A stretch of 64,000 nucleotides of DNA. Origin: Lama glama. Taxonomy: Eukaryota. The stretch spans positions 13,828,001-13,892,000 of the forward strand of contig CM052832.1 of assembly GCA_028534125.1 (NCBI GenBank), read 5' to 3'. This document shows positions 48,189 through 62,170 of the stretch, piece after piece. The stretch's first letter is position 1. Each line of letters starts with the position of its first letter. The notes under the pieces are model-generated. The model saw only the letters and a list, made by a program, of their open reading frames with translations, was not told where the DNA came from and made no database searches. The position numbers and the translations under genes were made by a program.

Positions 48189-50665
48189 CTGTGAGAGCAC
48201 AGCACCCACATCTCTTTACTGAAGAAATGGACAAAGATCAGGAAAAAACACCTATTCTTCCTGGATCATTCACTGCAGATAATCAACAAAACCTTGTTTC
48301 TAGGCACCAACCTCCAGGCAGAGAACAGCCTGAGTAACTTATCTTTGTCTTGGCATTTACTATAATGAAATATTACCTAAATTGAGTTCCACTCTGGAGG
48401 CTAGTGAAAGGTTCACCATTTAATGTACCAAATCCAATTTTTTTTTTTTTACAAAAAACATCATCTGTTACTATAACAAATTACTTGCCATAAGTAACAA
48501 CTTTCTGAAGTTGGTAGCCAGTTGTGATTGGGTCAGAGTGAGCATATGAAGAGATGTGATTTTTGGTTCCAAAGGGTAAAGAGGTCAATTTAGTCTGGTA
48601 AGTTTTTAGATCCCATATTCACCCAATCTTTATAAGACTTCCTGATGGGTTCAGGTTCTGGTGGCCTCTCCATTCCTTACCCGCTTCTGAGCATCAATAA
48701 GAAAACAAAACATGAGAAAGAAAAGACCCTCTAAACCTCAACCTTAAATGATCCAGCACACTTACAGCCACCTCTTCTTCACTGCCCTCATAGAGCTGAG
48801 TGGCAGTTTCTGGGTATCCTTGGTGAGTTAGGCTATCGGGAACTCAGATGTGGGAGGCCGCTGGATTCGGATTCATTCCGCTCTCATTTTACAAAGAGGC
48901 CTCAAGAGGCTAAAGCAATTTCCCGCTGTGGAGGGATAAGAAGAGAACATGGATCCCCAATTAGGAGAGTTACATCCATGTCTCTGAACATCATGGATGT
49001 GGTCACTGCAGTTCTGCTTCACTGTAGTTTTCCAGATACAGTAGGAGGTCTTATCTCAGGGGACTATCAGGTTCTAATCCTATAATGAAAGGCTTCAGGA
49101 TGTCCGGCCTAGAGTAGCAGACACAGGGAAGCTTGAAAGGAACAAATTTTTTATTTCTGAAGAATATGATTCCCTCACTTTCCATTGTCAGGCAACTAGA
49201 TGACCTGTGGTATTTAAAAAAAAATGCAAGATAATAGAATTTGATACTTTTTGAGACAATAAGAACACCCCCATGAATGCTCACATTTTGATTCAGTTCT
49301 AATCCAGACATGCAAATTCCTCATTAGTGTATAAGGTAGTATCAATATCCCTCAAGTAAAAACTCTTAAATGTCTTTTAAGATGCAGATAAAATGTAGTG
49401 CAAGAAAAGGAAAAAAGCAGATAGATGTATAGTTACCTTTGATTCAGTAATGCTACTCCAGAATTTATCAACAGAAAGCAAAAAGTCATTATCTAGGATG
49501 GCAGTCCTAAATAGCTGTAATAACCAAGGTCTGATTTGGTGATGAAATGGTACACGAGTGCTGTGGAGTTTGTGGCTTTAAAAACTTTAATAATGAACAT
49601 TGCAAAAACATGAGAAAACGTTTATACTCTAATAGTTTGCTACTCAAAGTGTAACCCCTGTCCAGCAGCCCATCACCTAGGAGCTGGTTAGAAACACAGG
49701 TCTAGCCCCACTCCAACTGAATCAGTATGAATTTCAACAAGATCCACAGGTGATTGTGCATATTAAAGCTTGACAATCATCTAATAAGTGTGTGGAGGGG
49801 CAGTACTAATTTAAAATTATCAAAAAAGTATGTCTACATGCTCAAGGACTGGGAGGTACTTAGCAAAAATTAAGATAGTTTAGATGGAGATACCCCTGCC
49901 TACCCACACAAAGTGCCTAGCCTGCTGTTAAGTCCTAGTAAGTGGCAGCTAATAGGGAGGTGTTACTGTTGCTGGATTTTCGTTTTCTTTCTTTTTCTCT
50001 CCCTTCTTTCCTTCCTTCCTTTCTTCCTAAATGTGTTCATGTTCCTCTTAAATCACATTTTGGAAACTTAAAAGACAATAAGGAAATTAATATGTTGTGT
50101 TTCCTTTTCAACCAGACCTTAAAACTGGTTAAAACGTATTTTGCTTTTTACTTCAGCTATCAGAAAACAAGGAGCTAAATTTAATACTCAATACACTAAT
50201 TCTATTAGCCTAGCCTTCTGAAATATTTGTATTCTTCTCTATGACTTTTATTTTCTATATTATTAGGTTTTCTAGTATGTTTCTTACGAATCACTTAAAA
50301 TTCTTCCTGAAAATAAGGGTCCAAATTACAATGACTTCTAAAAACAGTCTGTTCTCGTTTGCCAGGCTCCACAAAAAGATGAGTTTATGAAACCACCTTC
50401 CTGTTTTAAATTATTTCTTCTCTCCCTGGGCTTTTTCCACTTCCCAAAACACAAGTAAAACTGAAGGGTTCCTGTTTGCCCCTCAGTGAAATTCTCAGAT
50501 GCCAGCTAGCTCCTGCCCGCCCTTCTCATTGCTCCTCTTTCTGGCCCCTACAGCCCAGCCCCATGAGTCCTGCCTGACGATTCAATAAGGAAGCAGAGGC
50601 CACAGCCCTTCCAAAAGCATGCAGATCACCCTCCAATGAAATTACTCACCAACGCTACAGCTGCT

Positions 50666-50676
50666 TCAGACTTCCT
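50666..50676 (-). CDS. LHFPL5: LHFPL5 exon 3 coding part (EEV*); the full exon is 50650-50676 (27 nt)
   Basis: Acceptor ttttctcattgcag|AG GAA GTC TGA; donor TTG|gtgagt; total CDS 412+237+11=660 nt, 219 aa. Confidence 0.9.
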
Positions 50677-51022
50677 CTGCAATGAGAAAAAGACATGTAT
50701 TAGCTTTAATAGTTTTTTAGTGAATTATTTAGGATTTTCCATATACAAAATCATGTCATCTGCTAATAGAGATAGTTGTACTTCTTCCTCTCCAAAGTAG
50801 ATCTTTTCTTTCTTTCTCTTGCCTAACTTCCCTGGCTGTAATGTCCAATACGTTCTTCAACAGAAGTGACAAGAGCAGACATCCTTATTCCTGAGTACAA
50901 TCTTGTGAAGCAGGTTTTTTTTTTTTTCTTTTTTAATGCTGCATCTGATTGGTCTTGGTGTCCCCACCCCTGGGCCAGGGCCCAAACCTCAAGACTGGCT
51001 GTGAGGAAGCCCCACCTCCCTA

Positions 51023-51325
<303 letters not shown>

Positions 51326-51989
51326 CTACCTCCCACCTCGCACTGCTGTTATCTTGTCACTTCCCTGCTTCTTGTGTTAACAGCCTTGAGAGTTACAAGG
51401 GGTAGCTCCTGCTCTGCTTGTTGAACGCAGGGGAAGACTGAGGCTCTAAGAGCTAAAGTGACTTGCCCTGGGAGCCAGTGGTCAGGGGTAGAGTCAGAGA
51501 CCAGAGCTCCTCAGGCCAGGGAAGGATCTGCCGTGGCACCTACTAGGCCCTCAGCCATGCCCCTCACTTTGGGCTTGACAAGGCACTGCCTAACCTGGCT
51601 TCAAAGCCCTCCCAAAGACCAGAGGACTCATCACTTCTAACATGGGCATTCGTTCATACTCCAGCATCTCTGAAATAAGTGTAATAACAAAGCTTTAGGC
51701 TACAATTTGATTAGAAGTATTTTTCCTTTTTGTAGTACATAGAATAATGGTGTGTCCTACAACGCAGGTATCTTAGATTCAGTGAATACAGGAAGTTTTC
51801 CAGCCCCACCTCTGGCTGCTTCTTTCATGAACCTTCCATTCAGGCAAACAGTTCTCACCCCTTCCCACTACAGCACAGTACAGTTGCCCAAACGTCACTG
51901 GATTTGTTTAAAATGCTGATTCCCAGGTCAGGGTTGGGCTCAGGTATCCCTGTTTTTAAAAGCATGCCTCTGGGTGATTTTCTCAATAA

Positions 51990-52230
51990 GAGAAGCTGAG
52001 ACCACTGGAGTAGGCTGCCTGGATCTGAAGCCCAGCTTTTTGCTAACTAGCTGTGTGACTCAGAGCAAGCTGCTTAAGCCTTTTTTTTTTTCTTCAGTTT
52101 CTTCATCTGTAAAAAAGGGATAATAGTATCTACCTGTTTGGACTGCAGTGAATTTTAAGCGAGTTAATACTGGAAAAGTGCTCAGAACAATGCCTGGCAC
52201 ACATTTGGCATTTCATGAGTGTTAGCTATT
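51990..52230. mobile_element. MIR SINE
   Basis: Core tcagtttcttcatctgtaaaa...gataatagta; similar MIR cores near 39900-40100, 53240-53410 and 57720-57930. Confidence 0.7.
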
Positions 52231-53479
52231 ATCCCACACTGTGCTTTCACTGATTTAGTATTTCCAGCCAAAAATTTCCTCACCTTGCCCCCACTTCACC
52301 CATGCCCTCCCACCAAACCACCATCTCACCTTAGCTGCCCAGACAGGTGATATAATCCTGGGATGTGACCAGGGCAACCTCAAGGACAACCACCAGGCAG
52401 GCAAGGAATGCCTTCTCTTATCTGTGTGGCTTTCCACCCCCAGCCCTCCCTCCAGAGGCTCTTTAGTCCCAAGGCTGTGTCCTACCCAGCAGCCCTGTGG
52501 AGAAGCACCTCGCAGGACCCAAAGTCACTTACCTGGGACTCAGCTTGTTCTTGCAAGGAAGATCAGCAGACCAAGAAAAGCACAGCAAAGTGTAAAGATC
52601 AGGTTCCCACCTCCCCATCTAAATGTGGGTCAACTCTTCTTTGGTTTTTTCTAGGAGGAACTCATTTACATACTTTTCTTATAGATCACAAAATACTTCA
52701 TGTACCGTTTTTCTCAGGATTCTGACTATAGTTCTGTGAAGTAGGCCATGTATTAATATCCCATTTTACAGGTTAGAAAACCAAGGACTCAGAGAAACCA
52801 TGTGAGTTGCCTAGTCATCCAACTACAGCAGAATCAAGACCTGCACTGAAAGCTCCTGAGTTTCTCGACTTCAAAGTTAATTCCCCCAGACTCCCAGACT
52901 GATATCTCTCCAAAAAACTGAATGTATTTAATAATGACATTTCTGACTTAGTGAAACTGAGAAGCGTTTCAGGAAGCTACTTAGGGTGGAGGAGGGAGAA
53001 CCTCCCAGAGCTCTTTCGTAAAACATGTGGTCTTTTCCACTTGGTGTACGACAAGTCCTCTGGTGCCTGGCATGGCCCTCTTCGCCTTCCACAGCATCTC
53101 CCTACAGGGCTCCAGGAAAGAGCCCAGGGCCTCTGATTTGGGTTGTTACTGTGGGTGCCACAGCCCCCACCCATCCACTTGGGCACAGCAGGGGACAACC
53201 CCATTGTGGTGTCTCAGGGCTCTAAGTAGAGGCCAGCATGGTATTCTCAGGTGAGTATACTTACCCTTTCTGACTTCCATACTCTCATCTGGAAGATAAG
53301 GATAATATCTGGCTCATAGCAAAGTTATGAGGATTAAGTGTGATCATGTATAGAAAATGCTCACTGCAATGTCTGGTACATGGTAAGTGGCCAGTTAACG
53401 TTAGTTAGTTGCTATTATTATTGGCAGTGAAGTCAGGTGGAAGCAACCTCAGTGGATGTGGATGTCATTACAGCTGTTC

Positions 53480-53830
53480 ACAAATATTCCAGGTACGTAG
53501 TAGAATTTTACTTCCTAGACTCCCTCCCTTGATGTTAGGCAAGGCCATAAGACTTCCTTTGGCCAATAAAATGTTAACAGAAATGCCATGTGCATTTCCA
53601 GGCCAGAGCATTTAACTGCTGTTGGAGATGTTCCAGAGCTCCCTTTCACTCTGCAATGATGGCAGCCAGATGACAGCTGATGTTCCATCGGCCTGGCATC
53701 TAGATGAGAACAGTGAGCGCAGAGCCCCACTCTGATCTTCAGCAAGCATGTGCCGTGAAAAGAAATAAACCTTGCTTAAGCCACTAAGATTTGGGTATTG
53801 TTAGTATGACATCACCGCATCCATCCTGAC
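53480..53830. mobile_element. MaLR LTR fragment
   Basis: ttggccaataaaatg...agaaataaaccttg..taagccactaagatttggg motifs. Confidence 0.6.
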
Positions 53831-55997
53831 TGGTAAAGATGTTTTGTGTTTTTCACGTTTACTGAGCACCTACCACGTATCAGGTACCGTGCAAGGTGTT
53901 TTTTATGCATTATATCGCCTCATTTTCACGAAAATGCTGTGATGGGAGTACTATTGCTACCTTCTACAAATGAGGATATGAAGATTCAGAGAGACAAGCA
54001 ACTTGCCCCACCTGTGTTTCTAGGAGCTGGGACCCTACTCAGCCTACACTTGACATCCAGAAGCAGTTAACATTGTTAAGCCACAGCCCCACACTGTCCC
54101 ATTCATCAGTCCTCTTTCCCTTCTGCTCCCTTCCCTGGTCCCAGGTTTCTTGTCAAGGTTGAGCTAACTGATTTAGGTCTTTTCAAATGGATGCATCTCC
54201 CAGCTGCAGGCTGTAGGGCACACCCCTGACTTAAGCCCTCCCTTTGGCTCATCTTCCCTTTCCCAGCACCTAAGAATGGAACATGACACCACCTTTGCTC
54301 TCTCCCAACATAAATGTTTCATGGGATGGCAACTGAGCACCTCTGCTATCAGTGTCTTCAGCTCCATGACCCAGAAAGGATCTGACTCAAATGGCCTGGT
54401 GACCCCTCCCCTACTCAAGCCCTCCCAGCACCACCTGTTCAGCAAATGGCACCTGTTGCAGAAGGTTGGGGGAGTGTGACAGTGTAGAGAATGAAAGAGG
54501 GTGGGTTGTATTTCCAGTATCCCATAGCTCTGATATGGAGGACCAGCTAGCAAGCATACCAGGGTTCATTCTGCTCCCTCTTTGTCACAAAACTGCTAAA
54601 TCTTTATTCTCCCTCCTTTCTCCCCTCTGCCCGCCAAGACTTGCCTCATCCCTACCTCAGCCTCTCCATCATCATATAGAGAGACTACAGAGGAAGAGAG
54701 ATGGACAGGGAATTGGGGAAGCAGCATCTCTAGAGCCAGGTGAGTAGCCTGAGTACAAGATTTGGAGTCAAAGGTTCTGTTCTTCACTACCTGTGTGTTA
54801 AAAGACAGGTTACCCACTAGGAGCTTTATGTATAAAATGGGAGGAATACCCACCTCACTGGGTCATGATGAGGCTCTGCCAGATGATACATGGGAAGTAC
54901 TTTCCAAATCATCATACTTATGTAAATGTGTGCCTCAGTATAAAAGGTCTTTGGAACACATCTAGTTTCCTGGAACCCACTGCCTTGATTTTCCCAGTTC
55001 CTCAATTGCCAGTTGATCTGCTATAGTCTTGACAAAATCTTTTCTTCTCTCTCGGTCCCAGATTCCTCATCTATAGTTGGCAGGGACTCTACAGCTCTCT
55101 CGGGTCCCTTCCATCTCTGACAGTCTTGAGTTTATGTGTTTGGTTGTCTGGGATTCTGATCTCTGTTCCATTCCCCCTGTTAAATATGACACTGCTTCTC
55201 ATTCTGACTAATGATGTCCAGATGGTTTCATGCTAGTCTGCAGTCCTCAGAACTGCTCCTAGACATCTCCCTAGTATGAACAGGGGTGGGGAGGGACCAA
55301 GGGCTGCAAGACAGTCTTAGGCATCTCTTTCTGGGCTTTAGAGGAGAGCAGGACCAGCTGGCTCAAGGACTGAGAGGCCTTCCTGGGACAGGGGCAGGAA
55401 GACTTTGCCCCTGGACACCACAGGTAGGCACCTACCCCACACAGTTTTAAAAGGCCCTAATCCCTCCCCCCCATCACAAAATATCACTCCCATTTGCTGC
55501 CTCAAGCATGGAATCCTATAATTAGGGAACAAAGACTTTCAGTCCACTATGAAACAGGAAACATGCAAGTTTCCATGGGAGAGGTCACACCCGGCATAAT
55601 ACTCCAAATCAATGATGGACTTTAGAATCTCTCTGAGAACAGGCTGGGGTGGGAGGGAAGATCTGGGGATACATGAAGGAGAAATAATGCCCAGAAGTAG
55701 GAGATGGGGTCATGTAAAATGTACTTGACTGGCATGACTATTTTGCCCTGGGATGGGGAGGAGTGTCCTATTCCCACATGGCCAAAACAGAAACTTCCTT
55801 CCTTCTCCCTCTCAGAGCAACAACAACCTCTGGTGTGGTGTCCTGGGAGTCAGGATCCCTGATTTCTTCTACCAGCTGGAATGTGCTCCTAAGCAAGTCA
55901 CTTCCCTTTTCTGGATCCCAGTTCCTTGTTAGCAGGATGAGAGGGTGGAACAATTTGATCTTTAAGGTTTTTTTGGTCTCAGTAATTCTACTTCTCA

Positions 55998-56645
<648 letters not shown>

Positions 56646-56799
56646 CTAGGTTTGGAGAGAAGGCCGAGGTCAGGGCACAAGGTGAAGCTCTAAGGTAGAG
56701 AAAAGAGGACTGATAGGACAAGGAAGATGACCTTGGCTTCTTCAGGGGAAGCTTGCTCAGGTACTTCTGCTCTAGCCCTGCTATCTCCCGTCTCCTGCC

Positions 56800-57200
56800 T
56801 CCTCTCAAGCCAGCCAGGGTCTCGGGCCTGCTGGCGCCGCCCTGCCCCTCCCCTCTTCCAGCTCAGAGCATCAGAGAGCTCCGCCCCCTTTGCCCGGCCT
56901 GGCTCCTCCTCCCTCCCTCCTCCGAGAGCGCTGATTTCAGCACCGCGGCCAGCGCCCCGGGACTCTGGCGGAGGAGTACGACAAGCAGCCAACCCACTCA
57001 ACACACACCCCTGCCACTGGGACTCGAGACCCCTCTTCACCCTCCTGAGCGGGGATAACAAGAATTGGAAGGATGGGGCTGCGGCGCTTACATTCCTCCC
57101 GCTCAGTTCCTGAGGCAAAACCACGTCCTGAGTGCAGTCCCTATTCCATCCCACCCGTCCCTGGATCCTTGGTCGCCCTCCCGGAACCTCCAATCCCGCA
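56800..57200 (-). promoter_or_regulatory. GC/CpG-rich LHFPL5 promoter and 5' region
   Basis: The only clearly CpG-enriched stretch in the window; GC boxes (CCGCCC) at 56837 and 56881; no minus-strand ATG for about 310 nt upstream of the start codon. Confidence 0.75.
56936..56956 (+). promoter_or_regulatory. RE1/NRSE (REST-binding) element
   Basis: TTCAGCACCGCGGCCAGCGCC matches the consensus TTCAGCACCACGGACAGCGCC at 19/21. Confidence 0.85.
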
Positions 57201-57362
57201 CAGCCATCCAGGTCACTGGTTTCTTGTCCTGATCATTCAGTCAACAATTACTAAGAGGCTACTATGTACTACGCACTGTTGGAGGATAACTCCCTCAAGC
57301 AAGAACCACAGAACAAAAAGGGCAGGGCCCCTGCTCTTAAGGACAGTGAGATATTTACATAA

Positions 57363-57426
57363 ATGGATGGATGGATGGATGGATGGATGGGTAGGTAGGT
57401 AGGTAGGTAGGTAGATAGATAGACAG
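57363..57426. repeat. Compound tetranucleotide microsatellite (ATGG)7(GTAG)6(ATAG)2ACAG
   Basis: Read directly from the sequence. Confidence 0.95.
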
Positions 57427-59759
57427 ATAATTTGCAATGAAGACTGATGGTGTGATAATAGAAGCAGCTGCAAACAGTAAGGAGCATTCCTTATGAGCCT
57501 TCTCAGACCTTACTATCCTTTTTGTTCAGTACAATGTCTTTCTCCTCTTTATATTTTTGTTGCATATTTCCCCTCTTTTTCAAAATGTCTATATTTTCCC
57601 TGAATTTATAGGTAAACACATGACTAGTGTAGATATATAGGAAAATTCAAGAAAGTTACATAAAAGAATAAAAATCACTCATAACACCAAACTGGGAGCT
57701 AAGGAGAAACAAAATCATTCTAAAAACATGGACTTTGGATTTAGGCAGATCTGGATTTGAATCGGCCACTTATTAGCTAAGGATTTAACCTTCCTGAGCC
57801 TCAGTTTATTCATCTATAAAATGGAGATAATAGTATCTATCATATAAGGGTTAGGTAAAATAAAGTATGTAAAATGTTTAGCCCATGGCCTCACATTAAA
57901 AAGTGCTCAAAAACGTGTATTGTTATTGTTACTGTTATTTATTATTAGTACCTCTGTTAACATTTGGAGGTATTTCCCTCCTTCTGGAAATATAGCTTTA
58001 TACAGTTGGATAATAAAATATATATATTTAGTATCCAATTTTTTTTACTTAGCATCACACCACTAAAAATTTTTCCCATTACTAGCTTTTTTCAAAAACA
58101 TGGTTCTAATATTTGTGTAATAATTGTTTAATCATAGTTCCCTTTGGGAGTATTTTGACAGTTTCCAGTTTTTCGCTATTTAAAAAAAAAAAACCTGCCT
58201 TTAACATACTTGTGCTGTTACTTACGGTTCCTTTTTTCTTAAATTTCTTTGATTTTGTGACCAGTCTTCACGATCAGACTGGAAGTTCATTAAGGCATGG
58301 CCTGTGTCTCCACCATCAGACTGGGAGCTTCCCCAAAGCAGGGGCTATTTGTTTCCACATTCAGAAAAGGCCCTAACCTGGGATCAAACTCTTAGGGGCT
58401 GGTGGACACCCTTTGTTGGCCTGAACAGCAGAGCTTCCCTCATCTCTGAGAGCAACCCTTCCTGCTTTCTAAGGTTCTAGTGGGAACAGCTAATCACAGG
58501 GGACACAGACCCTAGAGACAGGGCTGGGCGGGTGACCCAAGGTAGGCCATCAGTCCTCCCTAAGGAATCTGAATTGGTGGTGGATTGACATGAGGTAAAA
58601 AGGTGTTGTTTTGTCAGGCCTTGGCAACATCCTTAGGAGACATTTGTGAACAAGGAGCTTCAGAGCCACCCTAATTCCTGCCCTGCCTAAGACAGATGGT
58701 CCTGTTCCTTCTTCAGCTGGTGATCCACCCAGTATTTTTCCATTTCCTTCCTTTTTGCTTTCATTAGCCAGAGTAGGTTTTGGCTCTTGGCACAAAAGAG
58801 CCCTAACCTGATCTAAATATTAGCACCAGAAAGAGGGTTTCAGGCCCAGGCTTCAGGGAAAAGGCTCTAGATTCCTGATTATGTCTGGAATTGGGAAAAC
58901 AGCAGCCCATGATACATAGAAGAGAAACAGCTAGTCAAATGATCATCTTCAAACACTATGGATCACGTGCCCTCTGAAAGTCAAGTTCTGGGGGAAATGA
59001 GTAGCTTTGGTCACAGACAGATTGAAAGAGAATGAAGAAATCAAGAACACAGTGTAGGGTGGCTGCTTATAACAGCAATGAATAAAGTCAAGCAAGACAA
59101 GCTAAATTGTCTAGTTATTGATTCAAGGAATAAAATGAATTTCAAGACCTTTATGTGCTATGGTTCAAAAAATCTGTTAAGTCTTGTTGCTAGAGAACAT
59201 AAGTCCATTAAAATAAGATTCAGGGAATACAAGAGGACTGAACTGCAAGGCTTTGAACCCATCCCATGTTCCTGAATGGTTAGACCAAATCACCTCAGGA
59301 ACTGGTAGAATCCCTCACCTTGGCCCCGTGACCTTGAGCTAAAGATTAATAAACTGTAAGAGCTAAGTCAGTGCCCCTGGTGCTCCCTCTCATTCTCCAA
59401 AAAATAAATCAAAAGCAGTATTATATCCCCAGGGGAGCAGTAGAAATCAGTAACTATCAATGATTTGAATGATGCAGGGGTTGTGATTCCTGTCTCTAGT
59501 GGACATTTGCCACTTTGTTTGTTTTTGTTTTTAGCTGACCAACATCCTAACTTGTGGGCTGATACCCAGCTGTGTGAGTTCCTGAGGGGAAGTTGGGCCT
59601 CTTGTCTCACTGTGGAAGAGAAGCCCCTTCCTCTACCTGCTCTACAGAGAATTCTCAAGGCACCAAGTGTCAGTGGACTGCTGTAGTCATGACACCTCAA
59701 CTCAGGATGGCTCTGAGGACAGCATGGAAGGGAAATTTTCATGGAAGGTAGAACTTCAG

Positions 59760-60200
59760 GTGCTATAACTATCTACCCCCAAAAGATCTACATCCTAAGC
59801 CCCAGAACCTGTGAATATTGTCTGATTTGGAAAAGGGTTCTTTGCATATATAATTAAATTGAGGATTTTGAGAAAAGGAGATCCTACCAGATTATCTGGG
59901 CATGTCCTAAATCCAATGACAAGTGTCCCTCTAAGAGACACACAGAGGAGAAGACAAGAAGAAAATGTGACGTGATCATGGAGGCAGAGACTGGAATGAT
60001 ATGGCCACAGCCAAGGAAGCTGGCAACTACCAGAGGCTAAAAAAAAGTGGGGAATGGATTCTCCCCTAGAGCCTCTGTAGGGAGTGCAGCCCTGCTGACA
60101 CCTTGATTTCAACTTCTGGCCACCAGTATTGTAAGAGAACAAATTTCTGTTGTTTCAAGCCACTATGTTTGTAATAATTTGTTATGGCAGCCTCAGGACG
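59760..60200. mobile_element. MaLR LTR (MLT1C-like)
   Basis: cccagaacctgtgaatat...gattctcccctagagcct...aaatttctgttgtttcaagccac. Confidence 0.8.
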
Positions 60201-60644
60201 TATAGTACCTCTCCTGTAAGGAGAGAGGGCCTACAATACAGATGAACACCACTTCATGGGCAGCAGCTAATGGACCAGCCAGGTGGTCATCATCTTGGAC
60301 AGAGTAAATATGGAGAGTTAGTAAAAGTTTGGGGAAGGGGAGCCCTCAGAATAGGGGCAAAACCAGAGAGTATTTGGGTTTGATGAGAATGTATTCCAGA
60401 GACTTGCTGCTGCAGAGGCTTTTAACATCCGTTGGAGATGATGACTCACTCTATGAATGCTAGCCAGACTCCTTCCTCTGCACATCCACCCCAATCCCAC
60501 CGTGCATTGGCTCAAAGACCCATAACAAGATGTCCATGGTGGGACAGGTGGACACTGTGGATGGATCTTCCATCCAAGCTTATACAGCCAGTCATTACTG
60601 GCTCCCAACAATATCAACCATCTTTGAGCTCCCTGGTATGACAT

Positions 60645-61550
60645 CTGTAACTCTCGAAACTGAATAATAAGACAACAAAGAACCCAATTAAAGATTGGAT
60701 GGCAAAAGATTCAAACAAACACTTCAGCAAAGAAGACATATGGATGGTAATTAAGCAAGCGGAGAAAAGCTCAACATCACCAGTGAGGAAGGAAATGCAA
60801 ATTAAACCACAAGGACATACCATTACACACCTGTTGGAAAGGCTCAGTTAAAAAATGAAAAACCAAAGAAACTGACAATGTCAAGTACTGGTGAGGATGT
60901 GCAGCAACTGAAACTTTTATACATTGCTGGTGGAAATGCATTTTGGTTCAGCCACTTTGGAAAACAGTTTGATATATCATCGAAATCAAAACACACATTT
61001 GCCATGAGACTCAGCCATCACACTCCTGCGTATTTGTCTCAGAGAAATGAAAACTTGTGTTTTCCCACACAAAAAAACTTGTACACGAACATGTGTGGCA
61101 GCTTTATCCATAACTGCCCAAAACTTTTCAGAAATAACCCAGATGTCCTTCAGGTAGAGAATGGATAAACACACTGTGCTTCCACCCCGACAACAGACAA
61201 CCACTCAGCAATGAAAAGTAAGTAGCTATTGAATCCTGCAACAATGTGCATGAATCTCAAATGTGTTATGCTAGGTAATAGAAGCCAGATACCCCATCCA
61301 AAAAGAAAAAGTATATGCTGTGTGATTTCATCTATATTACATATGGAAAAGGCAAAATTATAGGGAAGCAACCCAGATTTGTGGTTGCTAGGATCTAGTG
61401 GTGGGGTTGATTACAAAGAAGCTGTATAGGAAGTTTTTTAGGGTGATGGAAGCATTCTGTATCTTGGTTGGAGTGGTGGTTCCATGACATATACATTTGT
61501 CAAAACTTATGGAACTGTATACTATAAAGGGTAAACTTTTCTCTGTCAAT
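60645..61550 (+). mobile_element. L1 ORF2 end and 3' UTR (sense)
   Basis: Degenerate ORF2 C-terminal peptides (GEDVQQLKLLYIAGGNA). Confidence 0.8.
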
Positions 61551-61699
61551 TATGATTTGATTTTTCAAAGGAGGAATTACTCATGTTGATAGGATGCCAA
61601 ATCCTGACTGTCCAGGGGTTCTCTCCTCTAACATACAGAGGGAGCAGAGAAGTATGTGTAGTAGTTAGGAAATGCCTGGGCTGCTTCTTGCTACTGCCA

Positions 61700-62170
61700 T
61701 GTCCAGTGTAAAAATTAATGAAAGGAAGAAACAAATTAAGGCTTCAGTAATCCAACACAAGGGCAGACACATGAAGGGCCTAGATATCTCAGGAATAGAA
61801 AGTCTGGGTCACTGTACAGCATAAAGAGCCCTGATCAGCAGGGATGCTGGCTGAGAGCAAAAGGAGCAGGATGGGAATGAAGGGTGAAAGTCCTAAGTAC
61901 TATCTACAGCCAAGTGGTGTCTGCAGAAAGGACTATATTATCTACCTGGATGTTCATCCTTGCCATGTCATGTATACATTTATATACCTTACTCTTACCT
62001 TTCTTCTTTGATGGTGGCTAACTTTACAAGTTAGCCCCTAAGCTGCAGAATACTGAGATGTGATCGTGACCAAACTAAAAGAGGAGTGACATCATACAGA
62101 TATCCTGAACTTAATGCTGGGGTGATAACTGACTTTGGACCATCTCCCTAGGGTTTTGATCTTAAAGGAC
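61700..62170 (+). mobile_element. Possible ERVL internal relic (possibly also 60200-60640)
   Basis: Weak resemblance by eye to the 3' end of the ERVL internal region. Confidence 0.35.

Noticed and set aside
56863..56871. Minus-strand ATG CTC TGA mini-uORF
   Set aside because: Weak context, and it is unknown whether it lies within the transcript.
56690..57402. Several overlapping ORFs of 100-167 aa
   Set aside because: GC-rich promoter sequence is poor in stop codons; no recognisable protein features.
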